Positions 41,839-51,122 of a stretch of 64,000 nucleotides of DNA are shown piece after piece. Source of the DNA: an uncultured Candidatus Binatia bacterium (lineage in GTDB: Bacteria > Desulfobacterota > Binatia > Bin18); NCBI GenBank assembly GCA_965214605.1, contig OZ243961.1:3840001-3904000 (forward strand), in the 5' to 3' direction. A program made the translations under genes and the position numbers. Each line of letters starts with the position of its first letter. Position 1 is the stretch's first letter. The notes below the pieces were generated by a model. It saw only the letters and a program-made list of their open reading frames with translations, ran no database searches and was not told the origin of the DNA.

Positions 41839-42382
41839 AGCCTGGACATACGTCGCCCACAGGCCGGCCCGGCTTATTTCCAGTGAAGCACTTTGAAAAG
41901 CAGTAGTCGCGGCTTCAAATTCCGTCATGGTTTCGTTTTCTCCTATCCCTCGTCTTTCGTCAAGATTGCCGGGCTATCGCCGGTCGAGGGGGTCGAGCCG
42001 GGCGAGTCCCAGCGGGTGTCCCTCGGGGTCTCTGCTCTGCGTGGCCCTCAGCGCGCCGCTGCTTTTTGCAAGCGGCCCAAGTCGCGGCTTTGCCGGCCCT
42101 GCTCAAAACGCCAGATTCGGCAGGGTCGAGCGAGCTTCTGCATCGGGCCTAGGCCGCGGCCCGCGGGCAATGCGGCCACCGCTAACAGTAGCAAGCAGCC
42201 GTCCCCGCTCCTTTTCAGACCCGGTTTCACCGCCCGCCCAAGAGCGGATTGTCCGGCTACGCCGCCCACCTAAAGGCGGTAGGAGACTTCGGGGGCGGGG
42301 CCGTTCGGATTGGGGACTTTTAAGGATGTCATACGATCGCCCCTTCTCCCCCGCTCTCGCGGGGGGCGGGTCATAAAGCCGG

Positions 42383-43283
42383 CTATTCCTCGGCCTGGCT
42401 GTCCAGGCCGAGCATATAATCGGCGGCCCGCTGGGCCTGGGAAGCGGCCTGCACCAGCCGCCGCGGGTCATGGCGCAACTTCTCCAGCCACCCGTGGATA
42501 TAGCCGGCGCTGGTGTCCGTCGTGCGGTTTTCAATCCCCGCTACCCCACACAGCACCGCCGCGCCCATCTCGGCGACCAGCTCCTCTTTGCTGTAGTGGG
42601 TATCCCCGAAGCGGAGCGCGTCAACCAGCGTCGCGCGATTCAGCCGCCCGGCGTGGCCGGTGGAATGGGTCAGCTCATGAAAAAGGGTCGAATAGTACCG
42701 CTCCGGGGCCTCGAAGCTGCCCGCCGCCGGCATCGTCACCTGGTCAACGCGCTGCCTGTAAAAAGCAGCATCCCCCCCGTGCGTGATAGCCGGTCGGCCT
42801 GGCATCTCCGCCACGATCTTTTCACACGCGGCGATTTTTTGGGCGGGGGGCCATGTCCGGCACACCCACCTGCGCTCGCTCTGCCCACGCCTCGGGCAAT
42901 GCGCATTGGGCGGCGTTGAACACGGTATACGCACGGGCCACGGCATAGCCGCCCCGCTCTTTGCGGCCCTCCTCGCCGTCCTGGCGGCCGTCCAGCTCGC
43001 CACCCTTGCGGGCGAGGAATTTCCAGAATATGACGGGGTGGCCTTTTGCCCCTTTTTTGACGTGGCCGCCTATCTGCGCGGCGTGCCGGTAGGTCAACCA
43101 GAACGGCGACCCCTCGTGCTGATGCGCCAGCAGCCAGACATTGACGCCCCGGTACGGCTTGCCGCTGATGAGATTGCGCGGCCGGCCCTGGGCGGCGGTC
43201 CACGGGCGATGCCACGGCACCACCCCCTCGCGGAGGGCGGATACGATGCGAGCGGTGATGCTCGCGTACACGTCCGGGCTCAT
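42383..43283 (-). pseudogene. ardC: ArdC-like antirestriction protein, frameshifted (copy 2)
   Basis: VPWHRPW, SGKPYRGVN, FHELTHSTGH, YSKEELVAEMGAA. Confidence 0.88.
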
Positions 43284-43299
43284 TTGGGCCTCCTGCTCT

Positions 43300-44000
43300 C
43301 CTTCACAACACAGATGCTTGTTTTCGGTTCTCACCACTGCCCGGACCGAAAACAATCGGAGAGCAGCCCGTAGGGCGCACGAAACCGAGTCCGCCGCCGG
43401 CCGGCGCATCCGTGCCAGGTTCGCGGAGCGGGGCCGGCGTGCGATGCGGCCGGCCGGCGCGCCATACTGGAGCCGAGGCCATCAGCTAGGTGTGCTAGGT
43501 TCGCGGAGCGGGGCTGGCGCCGCTTGGCGGCCGGGAGGCGGCGCGCTGTCTTGGGCGTGGCAAGGGGCGACCAGAGCCTGCTGTGGTCGCCCCTTGCTCG
43601 GTCTTCGGGGGGGGGTGCTCGGTGTGGCCCTCTACACGGAGCGGCGGGCAGCGCGGGCGGGCGGGCCGCGGACCTGGGCACCAGCGCGCCCGCCCGCGCG
43701 GCAGGTCCTGGGGGGGGGCCCCGGCGCTTCTCCTGGCTTGGGCGGGCTCTGTGGGTTCGTCCCACTGAGCTGGGGGCGCTGGCCCGCGTGGTCGGTGATG
43801 CGGACCTGGGCACGCCGGCGACGTGGGCCAGCGCAATCCTGGGAGGGAGGGAAAGAGTGACCGCCTTGAACGCGCCCTCAAGGGAGGTGTGGAGGGGAAA
43901 AGAATCGCCCTGGGCGACCTTGCGAAGCGCCCCGCTCGGTTGCGCGCGGGGCCATCAGGACACGGCTGTACCAGGCCTGACCCCGCCCGGCTGGGGGACA
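43300..44000 (-). repeat. Conserved non-coding leader upstream of ardC (copy 2)
   Basis: Matches 35085-35580; aggttcgcggagcggggc internally duplicated. Confidence 0.8.
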
Positions 44001-44004
44001 GGGC

Positions 44005-44238
44005 CTAGGCGGTGCGCCGTAACAGCTCGGCGAACACTTCCCCCTGGCGTTCGAGCGCCTTGCCCAGCACGTCAATTTCCTTGTTGCGACGTTCGCCCGC
44101 GGCCTGCATCTGGAAGAGCCCCCAGACAATGCAGCCCAAGCCTACGCCGCTGACGAGAAGCTGGGCGATCTCTACCCCGCGCGGCCCCTGCAGCGCGGCG
44201 GCCGCCGCCCGCGCCAACGGTAAAAATTCAGTTTCCAT
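44005..44238 (-). CDS. Small TM/coiled-coil peptide family member
   Basis: VSGVGLGCIVWGLFQMQAAG..ALERQGEVFAELLRRTA; GGAGGA RBS. Confidence 0.7.
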   Translation of the reverse strand: METEFLPLARAAAAALQGPRGVEIAQLLVSGVGLGCIVWGLFQMQAAGERRNKEIDVLGKALERQGEVFAELLRRTA

Positions 44239-44413
44239 ACCGTCCTCCTGCCGGACACACAAAGGCAGGAAGCATCTGCCCTAAAGAATAGCGCCCAAAG
44301 GGCGAACCTTACAGGCCGGTTTTCCGGCCGCGCCTAAAGTGTGCTTTTGGAGATGGAGGAAGCGGGGGACACGTAATTCTCATCCTAGCTATGTTGTTAG
44401 GAACCGAGAATCA

Positions 44414-44734
44414 ATGGTACTGAAGCCAGTGTTTGTTGAGACAATCCCGCACTTACCCGAAATGGAAGAGGGTACACTTTACGTCAGCATGAGGTTCGCC
44501 ACCCTTTCCCATTTATGTCCATGCGGGTGTGGTCGTTTGGTCGACGTGACGCTGGACCCTGCGACTCGTAGTCTGACCTACGATGGTGAGTATCTAACCC
44601 TAAAACCTTCGATCGGGGTCAAGTTCCCATGCAGAAGCCATTACTCGATTATTCGGAATGCGATCATGTGGTACCCGCCGATCTCGAAATCGGAAGGCAG
44701 GTGGTACAACCGTGTTTGGGAGAGATGGAGCTAG
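44414..44734 (+). CDS. DUF6527-like protein
   Basis: GTLYVS, HLCPCGCG, TLKPSIG..CRSHY.I. Confidence 0.75.
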   Translation: MVLKPVFVETIPHLPEMEEGTLYVSMRFATLSHLCPCGCGRLVDVTLDPATRSLTYDGEYLTLKPSIGVKFPCRSHYSIIRNAIMWYPPISKSEGRWYNRVWERWS

Positions 44735-44768
44735 ACAAAGACATCGGTCAAGAAACGAAGCGCGAGAT

Positions 44769-44878
44769 CGCGGCGTAGCTCAGACGGATAGAGCACCTCG
44801 TTTTCGACATGCAATGTGAGGGATGACAACCCGCATTGTATGGGCGGGGAGGTCGCAGGTTCAAGTCCTGCCGCCGCG
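44769..44878 (+). ncRNA. tRNA-like RNA with extended anticodon arm (copy 2)
   Basis: Acceptor, D and T arms identical to copy 1; stem CCTCG/CGGGG; inserted hairpin CATGCAATGTG/CGCATTGTATG. Confidence 0.8.
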
Positions 44879-45026
44879 TCCCCACCGAAAGTGCAAACAT
44901 TTCTTCGTAACGGTGATACCGCGTTGTTCTTCTGCCATGGGACTCCTCCTTGGGGGGTGGGGGGCGGATACATCAGGAAACCGCTGTGCCGGGCGTGACC
45001 CCGCCCGGCTGGGGGACGGGGAGGGG

Positions 45027-45302
45027 CTAGGCGCTACGCCGTAACAGCTCGGCTAAGACTTCGCCTTGCTGGGTGAACGCTTTGGTCATGGCTTCGCCTT
45101 GCTGGGTGAGGGCCTTGGTCATGGCTTCGCCCTGGCGTTCGAGCGCTTGCCCCTGCTGCTGGAGGCCCTTCCCCAGCTCATCAATTTCCCGGTCGCGGCG
45201 TTTACCGGCCGCCTGCATCTGGAACAACCCCCAGACAATACACCCTAAGCCTACCACGCTACTGAGCGTCTGCACCCACATCGCCACGATTTCGTGGTCC
45301 AT
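45027..45302 (-). CDS. Small TM/coiled-coil peptide with 11-aa tandem repeats
   Basis: QGEAMTKALTQ/QGEAMTKAFTQ then QGEVLAELLRRSA. Confidence 0.72.
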   Translation of the reverse strand: MDHEIVAMWVQTLSSVVGLGCIVWGLFQMQAAGKRRDREIDELGKGLQQQGQALERQGEAMTKALTQQGEAMTKAFTQQGEVLAELLRRSA

Positions 45303-45485
45303 ACCGTCCTCCTTCCGGACAACATGTGCGCACCCGGAAAGCAAAAAAAGAGGCGCCGCAGTCACGGGCGGCGGAGCCGTGCATTTTCCCCTTGACTGTG
45401 GCGTCTTTTTGCTACGCTGGAAAGAGCCAGGCAGCAAGGCAGAAAAAAGAGCGGGGGGGCGTAGCGGAGCCCTGGGCCGCAGGCC

Positions 45486-46473
45486 CTAGATATGAATCCG
45501 CTCGATCTCATCCAGCGAGACCTCCTCCGGCAAGCGGTTGTAGAGTTGCGTCGTGCGGGTCAAGGCATGGCCCGCGATACGTGCCGCCGTCTCCAGCGTG
45601 CCCCCCGCCCGGAGATATTCGGTAATACCGGTGCCCCGGAAGCTGTGCGCGCAGACCTCAGCCGGCAACCCGGCACTCTTCGCACGCCGCTTAATCATCT
45701 TCAAGGCGTCGGTCCGGTCCATCGGCCGGCTGCTGAGGCGGTCAATACCCCGCTGTGTGCCAGCAGAGGGAAACAAGGGGCCTTTCGGGTCGGCCGCCAG
45801 GCCTGCGCGGTCTATGTAGTCATCCGTCCAGGCCTGCGCCCTATGGTGCGCGGGAAGGACCGGATACTTGCCGCCCTTCTCATGCAGCCGGAAGTAGGAC
45901 CGCTTGCCCTGGGTATAATAGTCGGCCACCCGCATCGCCAGCGCCGCGCTCACCCGCGCAAAGCCGTACACCATCAGGCCCAGCAACGCCCGATCCCGCA
46001 GCCCGATCAGCGTGGACGGGTCGATACGGTCAAGCAGGCCCCGCGCTTCTTCCGCCGTCAACACGGGGGTCTTGCCCGTTTTGATGATCTGTTTCGGACC
46101 ACGGACCGCCCCGGCCGGATTACTGCGCAGGACCTGGCCCACGACGAGCCAGGCAAAGAGCTGGCGCAAGGCGGCCAGATTTTGCTTCACCGTGGACGGC
46201 GCATACAGCCGCCCGAGCTGCTCGATGTAGCGGGCGACATGCAAGGGCTCGACCTGGGCCAAGGTGAGGGCTTGCGCCTCGCACCAGTCCGCGAAGCGGT
46301 AGGCCGCCGTGACGTAGGCCAGCCGGGTATTGGCATTGCGGATGTTCGCCCCAAAGAACTCCCAAAACCGCCGCTGGCCCTGGCGTGTCTCGGCAAAGAG
46401 CGCCGGGGCGCCCCCCCCCGCAATCCGGGCCGAAATCGGCGGGCGGCCCGCTTTCCACGATGTGCATCGTCAT
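45486..46473 (-). pseudogene. XerC/D-like tyrosine recombinase (copy 3); catalytic domain intact, N-terminal frameshift
   Basis: R-K-HxxR-H-Y residues in ORF 45486-46262; N-terminus in another frame. Confidence 0.9.
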
Positions 46474-46488
46474 CCCTCCCTGCTATAT

Positions 46489-46516
46489 GTTCCTCATAAC
46501 AGTGTTTATGAACCCC
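46489..46516. other. dif/Xer-like recombination site
   Basis: gttcctcataa-cagtgt-ttatgaacccc, 11-6-11 layout with CATAA/TTATG core. Confidence 0.65.
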
Positions 46517-46557
46517 TCACAGCCCCCCCAAAGGGACAGCACACCACGGCTGCGTTG

Positions 46558-46589
46558 GTTTCAATCCACGCGCCCGTGAAGGGCGCGAT
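46558..46589 (-). CRISPR. Solitary type I-C-like CRISPR repeat (no array, no cas)
   Basis: ATCGCGCCCTTCACGGGCGCGTGGATTGAAAC, 32 nt, CGCGCCC/GGGCGCG stem, ATTGAAAC end. Confidence 0.8.
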
Positions 46590-46792
46590 TCGGCCAGCTC
46601 CTGGAGGCCTGCCCGTCCAGGAGGAACAATAGGCAGGACTCTTTTCCGCTCTGGCCGCTCGGGCCGGAAGGTGGACGGGCGACACCGGGGGAGGGTCGGC
46701 CAGGCTCGAGTGTCCCATGCTCACCGGCTTCGATGCTCTGTTCCCCTCAAGACTTTAGATTGTTCAGTCCGGGGGGGGGCCGAGCGGGGCGG

Positions 46793-47075
46793 CTACGCGG
46801 AGTGCCGCAACAGCTCGGCTAAGACTTGGCCCTGCCGCTCAAGCGCTTGGCCTTGCTGTGTGAACGCCTGGGTCATGGCCTCGCCCTGGCGGCGGAACGC
46901 CGCGGCCAGCTCATCAATTTCGCGATCCCGCCGCTGGCCGGATTCCTTCATGCACGCCAACCCGATCAGGATCGCCGCAAGCCCCGTGCCGCTGATGCCA
47001 AGCTGGACCACCTCGACCCAGTTCGTGCCCCCTGCGGCCACGGCCTGCAACTGTAAGGCGGTGACCGCCTCCCGT
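46793..47075 (-). pseudogene. Small TM/coiled-coil peptide family member, 5' end cut by IS remnant
   Basis: WVEVVQL..RQGEAMTQAFTQQGQALERQGQVLAELLRHSA. Confidence 0.65.
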
Positions 47076-47330
47076 GCCAAGGGACCCGCTGAGCGCGCAG
47101 CAGATTGGGCAGGCCGGGGCGACCCTCCGGTTTCTCCCCCCATACAGTCCTGACCTCAATCCGATTGAGCTAGTCTTTGCCAAGCTCAAAGCGCTGGCGC
47201 GCGGCGGCGCCCACCGGGCCCGTGAGGACCTCTGGACATACCTTGGCTCCGTTGTATCGTGCTTCTCCCTAGGAGAATGTCAGCAGTACTTCCACCATTG
47301 TGGCTACACTGCATCGTGAAATGCTCTAGC
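47074..47330 (+). mobile_element. IS630-family transposase C-terminal remnant
   Basis: FLPPYSPDLNPIELVFAKLK, YFHHCGY. Confidence 0.9.
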
Positions 47331-47381
47331 GGGCCAAAGCCCCCCGGCGGTTTCGATGGATCTGTTGGCCTATGTGCGGTA

Positions 47382-47735
47382 TCAGTCCTGCGCCCAGTGC
47401 CACCGGACGCGACCGCGCCTGAACCAGAAATGCGATCCGCAACCTTTCTTGCGCCAAACTGAGGGATAAAGTGTCGCCGTCCCGTCGTCATGCCGTATTA
47501 GGCACCAGCAGGGAAGCTCATCAGGGAGCAGATTCATATGAAGCACTCGCCAGCAGCCGCACGGGCATAGCATCGCAGCCTGCTCATTGAAGCCGTCCTC
47601 TTGCACGATGTAGAGAGTACGTCGCCTGAGCTGGTCTGGTAGTGCTTCCTTGACGAGGACAGTCTGGTAGGTGGGGACGAACCAGTAGAAGAGCCGCTCT
47701 CAGACACGTCTAATGAGTCGGCGCAACCAGATCAC
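47382..47735 (-). pseudogene. DUF6527-like protein of the ubiquitin-like operon, early nonsense codon
   Basis: MLCPCGC, TLYPSVW..GCGSHFW; in-frame TGA near 47700. Confidence 0.72.
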
Positions 47736-49144
47736 ACTGACTGCCTTTCCGCCAGTGCTAGGAGCCCGAGAGGTGGGGTGCTATCGCCCTTGCCGACATT
47801 GTCGGCTAAAATCTCGCAGAGCCCGTCTTCGGCATCATATATTAGCTCCATGCTCGTGAGGCTGAAGGTAACAGAGGCGTAGTTGTGATTCGGTCCTTCA
47901 CGGAACGGATGAAGTCGCGCTAGGAACTCGTTGACTGCGAGTGAGGCTGCGAACATGTTGACACTAATGACCGCGGGACGGTGTGCGGCCACTCCGGAAA
48001 TATAGCCGTCCTTCCTCTACTGTTCGTGTGCGGTCGGATCGTTGCGTCGCAGGCCCGCGGCAGCCACATCGCTCATAGTGAACAGGCCCCGACTCATCAG
48101 GCTTGATCGCCCAGGCTGCAGGTAGTGAATCGTGCCGCAAATTTCGTGAATATCCGCTTTATCAGTACCTCGCGGCATAGGTTTAAGCCGAACCCCGAGG
48201 TCGAAATACGGCAAGGTGTAATGCGTGGCGAGAACATTCAGCAGATAGCGGCCGTCGATGGTATCCATGCAACCGAATATGACGTCGCACTGCGCCACGG
48301 CACGCACAACTTCCGGATCCCAGAGATTCCGATTCATGCGGATGACCCGCGTCCCTAGACCCATACGTTCAATGGCGTCGGCCAGTACATCGACCTTGGC
48401 ACGGTTTTGCGCTATGTCTTTCAGTGTTGAGTTCAGAATGCGATTGACGTTGCGGTCTTCCATATGATCCTCATCGACGATTACGATCTCCCCGACGCCA
48501 AGCCGTACAAGTTGCTCGATAACAGGGCTCCCCGTACCCGAAGCGCCAATTACGGCAATCGATAAGCGCCGCAAGCGCTGAATAGTACCTTCATCGAATA
48601 TCTGGGCGTGTGAGGCTACGAAACTCGGTATGGCCACATCACCAGCAGCGCGTACCAGAAATGCAGATCATCGCCTGCGACGCTGATACACTCGACTGGT
48701 TCGAGAACGTTGCCGGAGCGAAGCACGCGCCCAAACATCTGCCCGTCGGGCAGTATAATGGCACTCCCGTGCAGGATATCGGCTTCGATACAGTCACGGA
48801 TCATCGGTATCAGCCGGGCATCGCCCTCATCGTCTGTTGCTGAAAAAGCGGGATAACCGGTCGGATGGCTATGTATCTTGATAATCGAAAAGCCTTCCTC
48901 GGTTGAACGGTCCGGTACGGACGCGATGCAGTCGGGCGACCATGTCACGAGCGTCGGGGTTCTTCTTGAGCATTGATTATAGGGGATGCAGTGGATGTCG
49001 CGAACGGTCAGACGATGACGACGCTCACCAGCGCGGCTGGCGCAGAGGAGCAGGGCAACAGCCTCTTTACCATCACCAGGGAAAAAAACTTGTCAGACGT
49101 TCATACTGATCACCTGATAATGCAAGGGTTACCGGCGCGGTCAT
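47732..49144 (-). pseudogene. JAB peptidase-E1 (ThiF) fusion, BubCD-like
   Basis: HSHP..FS..DD JAB motif; GASGTGS, NVNRI, GCMD ThiF motifs; TAG at 48017 and frameshifts. Confidence 0.82.
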
Positions 49145-49515
49145 TTCTCGAACTCTCGTTCTAACCAGTCCTCAATCAACATGATATGCGTTCCCAGGTG
49201 GTCCTGGCCGATTTTCCACGAATTCTGCGGCGTGCGATGACGAGACCAACGCTGGTAGCTCTTCCCATCGATTTTCTGTGCTGCGTTAGTTGCACCTATT
49301 GGTTTGCCGTCTTTCCGTGCCAGAGCCGGGAAGAAGTAGACCATGTTCAGCTCCGTATTGGGGTAGCCGGTTTCCATGCGGATTGCCGCTGTAACAAGCG
49401 GATGGTTGTATCCTTCGTGTGTCTGGAACTCGTGAATCAGCACCCACTGAGAGCCATCGATAATGGTCTCCCAGTGGGTGCCATATTCGTCGAGAAACTC
49501 ACGGTCCTGTGAGGG
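49141..49515 (-). pseudogene. Prokaryotic E2-like protein (BubB-like), 5'-truncated
   Basis: GYN, GYP...MVYFFP.L.R.DG, YQRWSRHR...W; ATGA overlap with E1 gene. Confidence 0.78.
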
Positions 49516-49981
49516 AGATATCTTCTCACGACAGGCCGCAGATTCCGCTTTGGATATCAAGACTCCGCTCAAGCTCGCGAAAAAGTTCGGTGCCTCGCTC
49601 TATGCGTCGATACGCGAATTCGTCCGGACCAACCACAGGGCATGTGCTGTCTATGTCCTGGAGCCACTCAAATTTGTCGAAGGAGCGGGCGCACAGGCAG
49701 TGGTTCGGCGTATTGAAACTTCATCCGCGTTCATCACGCAGTTCGGGCAGCCTGCCGATACTGTGGTCACACCCGCCCATTCTCTGTGGCCGGTGATACC
49801 GATCAAACGCAAGATGGTCCGGCCCGTTTCGCTCTCTATTACCGACAAAAACGGTGAAGCCCACGAATGTGTCGCCGAGGCGTTCGACACCACCTATAAT
49901 GTCCTCATTTTACTCTATCCTGAAAAAGCACTCACGTCCAAGACGATTACACTCTCGCCGAGGTCAAGAGCCGGTTACTGA
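49512..49981 (+). pseudogene. C-terminal half of CapP/IrrE-like regulator
   Basis: LAKKFGASLYASIREFV helix-turn-helix then GAF-like region; HEXXH part missing. Confidence 0.6.
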
Positions 49982-49988
49982 CGGCCGA

Positions 49989-51122
49989 TTATCCAGTTAG
50001 ACGGGGGTTACCGATATCTCGTTCCCACGTGGCGTATTCGCGGGGCTGTTGCCAGAAGGATTGCCACGCCTCGTTGAGGGTACCACCGACGGACAATTCT
50101 GGGGCCGATCCATCAAAGACAGTGCAGCCGATAGCGGTAGCTCCTTGTGTGGCATGTCCCGCAATGGCGTCAAGGACATGCGAGGGATAACGCCGGTCGT
50201 ACTCAGGAATGGCCTGGACACCAAGATGGTGGAGCACTGTCGCCCACTTATCACGGATGGTGGCTGCCACCGACCCGTGTCCAATGTGCTCCAGTACCCG
50301 CAGCATAACTCCCATTCGAGCTGCATCCGCCGGATGGGTAGACGCCATATAGCGGGGCACGAGGTACGGGTCCTCGGTAAATCCAGCGCAGAGATGTAGA
50401 TGTGACCAGGCGAACGCTGGCCCAAGTGTATAGGTTGCGAACACGTCACAGAAGAACTCCGTCAACCAACTCTCCCATGAGCCGCTCCAAGCCGTGAGAT
50501 AACGTTGGTAGCTCTGCGGCCTACTCCCACGGTTCTCTTTATCCAATTCCGCGCTGACATACTGAAGGACGTGAGAGAGAGCAATGTGAAAAGCGCGTTG
50601 CCACGCCTCTACCCGTGGGTCATGGCGCGCGTCGAACAGTAAGTGAGCCAATTCATGATAGAGGTCCGGAAAATGCAGCAGAAAGCGCCCTTCTGCAAGG
50701 GGAATGACAATCAGGTTCCACGGAGTGTACGTGTGATAATAAGCGCCCCGAGGCGATGTGCAGGAAACGACTGGAACCGGGAGTGGAAAGTTGATCTCTT
50801 GGCAAATCTTTCCGGCTAATCGATTTGCCTGGGTATCAATGTCGCTCCACCGATGAAGTGCGGCGACGACGACGGACTCCTGAATTTCGAGATCTTCAAC
50901 TGCGCGACGATAGCGACGCAGTCTCAAGGCCTGGGTCTCTCCTGTCGCAAACCCTGTATGCTCGACAAGAAATTCGAGACGGACCTGGAGATCAGTCAGC
51001 TCCTCTTGGCACTTCATGATGAGAATATCAAGGTCGCGCCCTTGATCTCTGGGAACCATGTCGAGGAGATGGTTCGCTCGGGCCTGGAGATGTGATATGG
51101 CGCCGTCCAAATATTCCTTCAT
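49989..51122 (-). CDS. Argonaute-associated HEXXH metallopeptidase-like protein (377 aa)
   Basis: YHELAH, EFFCD..A....GPAF, THP...R; N-terminal helical region. Confidence 0.65.
   Translation of the reverse strand: MKEYLDGAISHLQARANHLLDMVPRDQGRDLDILIMKCQEELTDLQVRLEFLVEHTGFATGETQALRLRRYRRAVEDLEIQESVVVAALHRWSDIDTQANRLAGKICQEINFPLPVPVVSCTSPRGAYYHTYTPWNLIVIPLAEGRFLLHFPDLYHELAHLLFDARHDPRVEAWQRAFHIALSHVLQYVSAELDKENRGSRPQSYQRYLTAWSGSWESWLTEFFCDVFATYTLGPAFAWSHLHLCAGFTEDPYLVPRYMASTHPADAARMGVMLRVLEHIGHGSVAATIRDKWATVLHHLGVQAIPEYDRRYPSHVLDAIAGHATQGATAIGCTVFDGSAPELSVGGTLNEAWQSFWQQPREYATWERDIGNPRLTG

Noticed and set aside
32887-44878. The two tRNA-like copies as attL/attR of one prophage or ICE
   Set aside because: They are inverted relative to each other, both full length and internally diverged.
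45486-46473. Integron integrase with attC cassettes
   Set aside because: The IntI-specific insertion is not apparent and no attC-like repeats were seen.
34219-46499. Long plus-strand ORFs (34219, 36120, 45492 and similar)
   Set aside because: Antisense shadows of ardC and recombinase genes.
46500-46700. CRISPR array
   Set aside because: Only one repeat; no second or degenerate copy seen at spacer distance.
33853-47075. Diversity-generating retroelement or retron behind the paralog variation
   Set aside because: No reverse transcriptase in the window and no clear adenine-specific template/variable pair.
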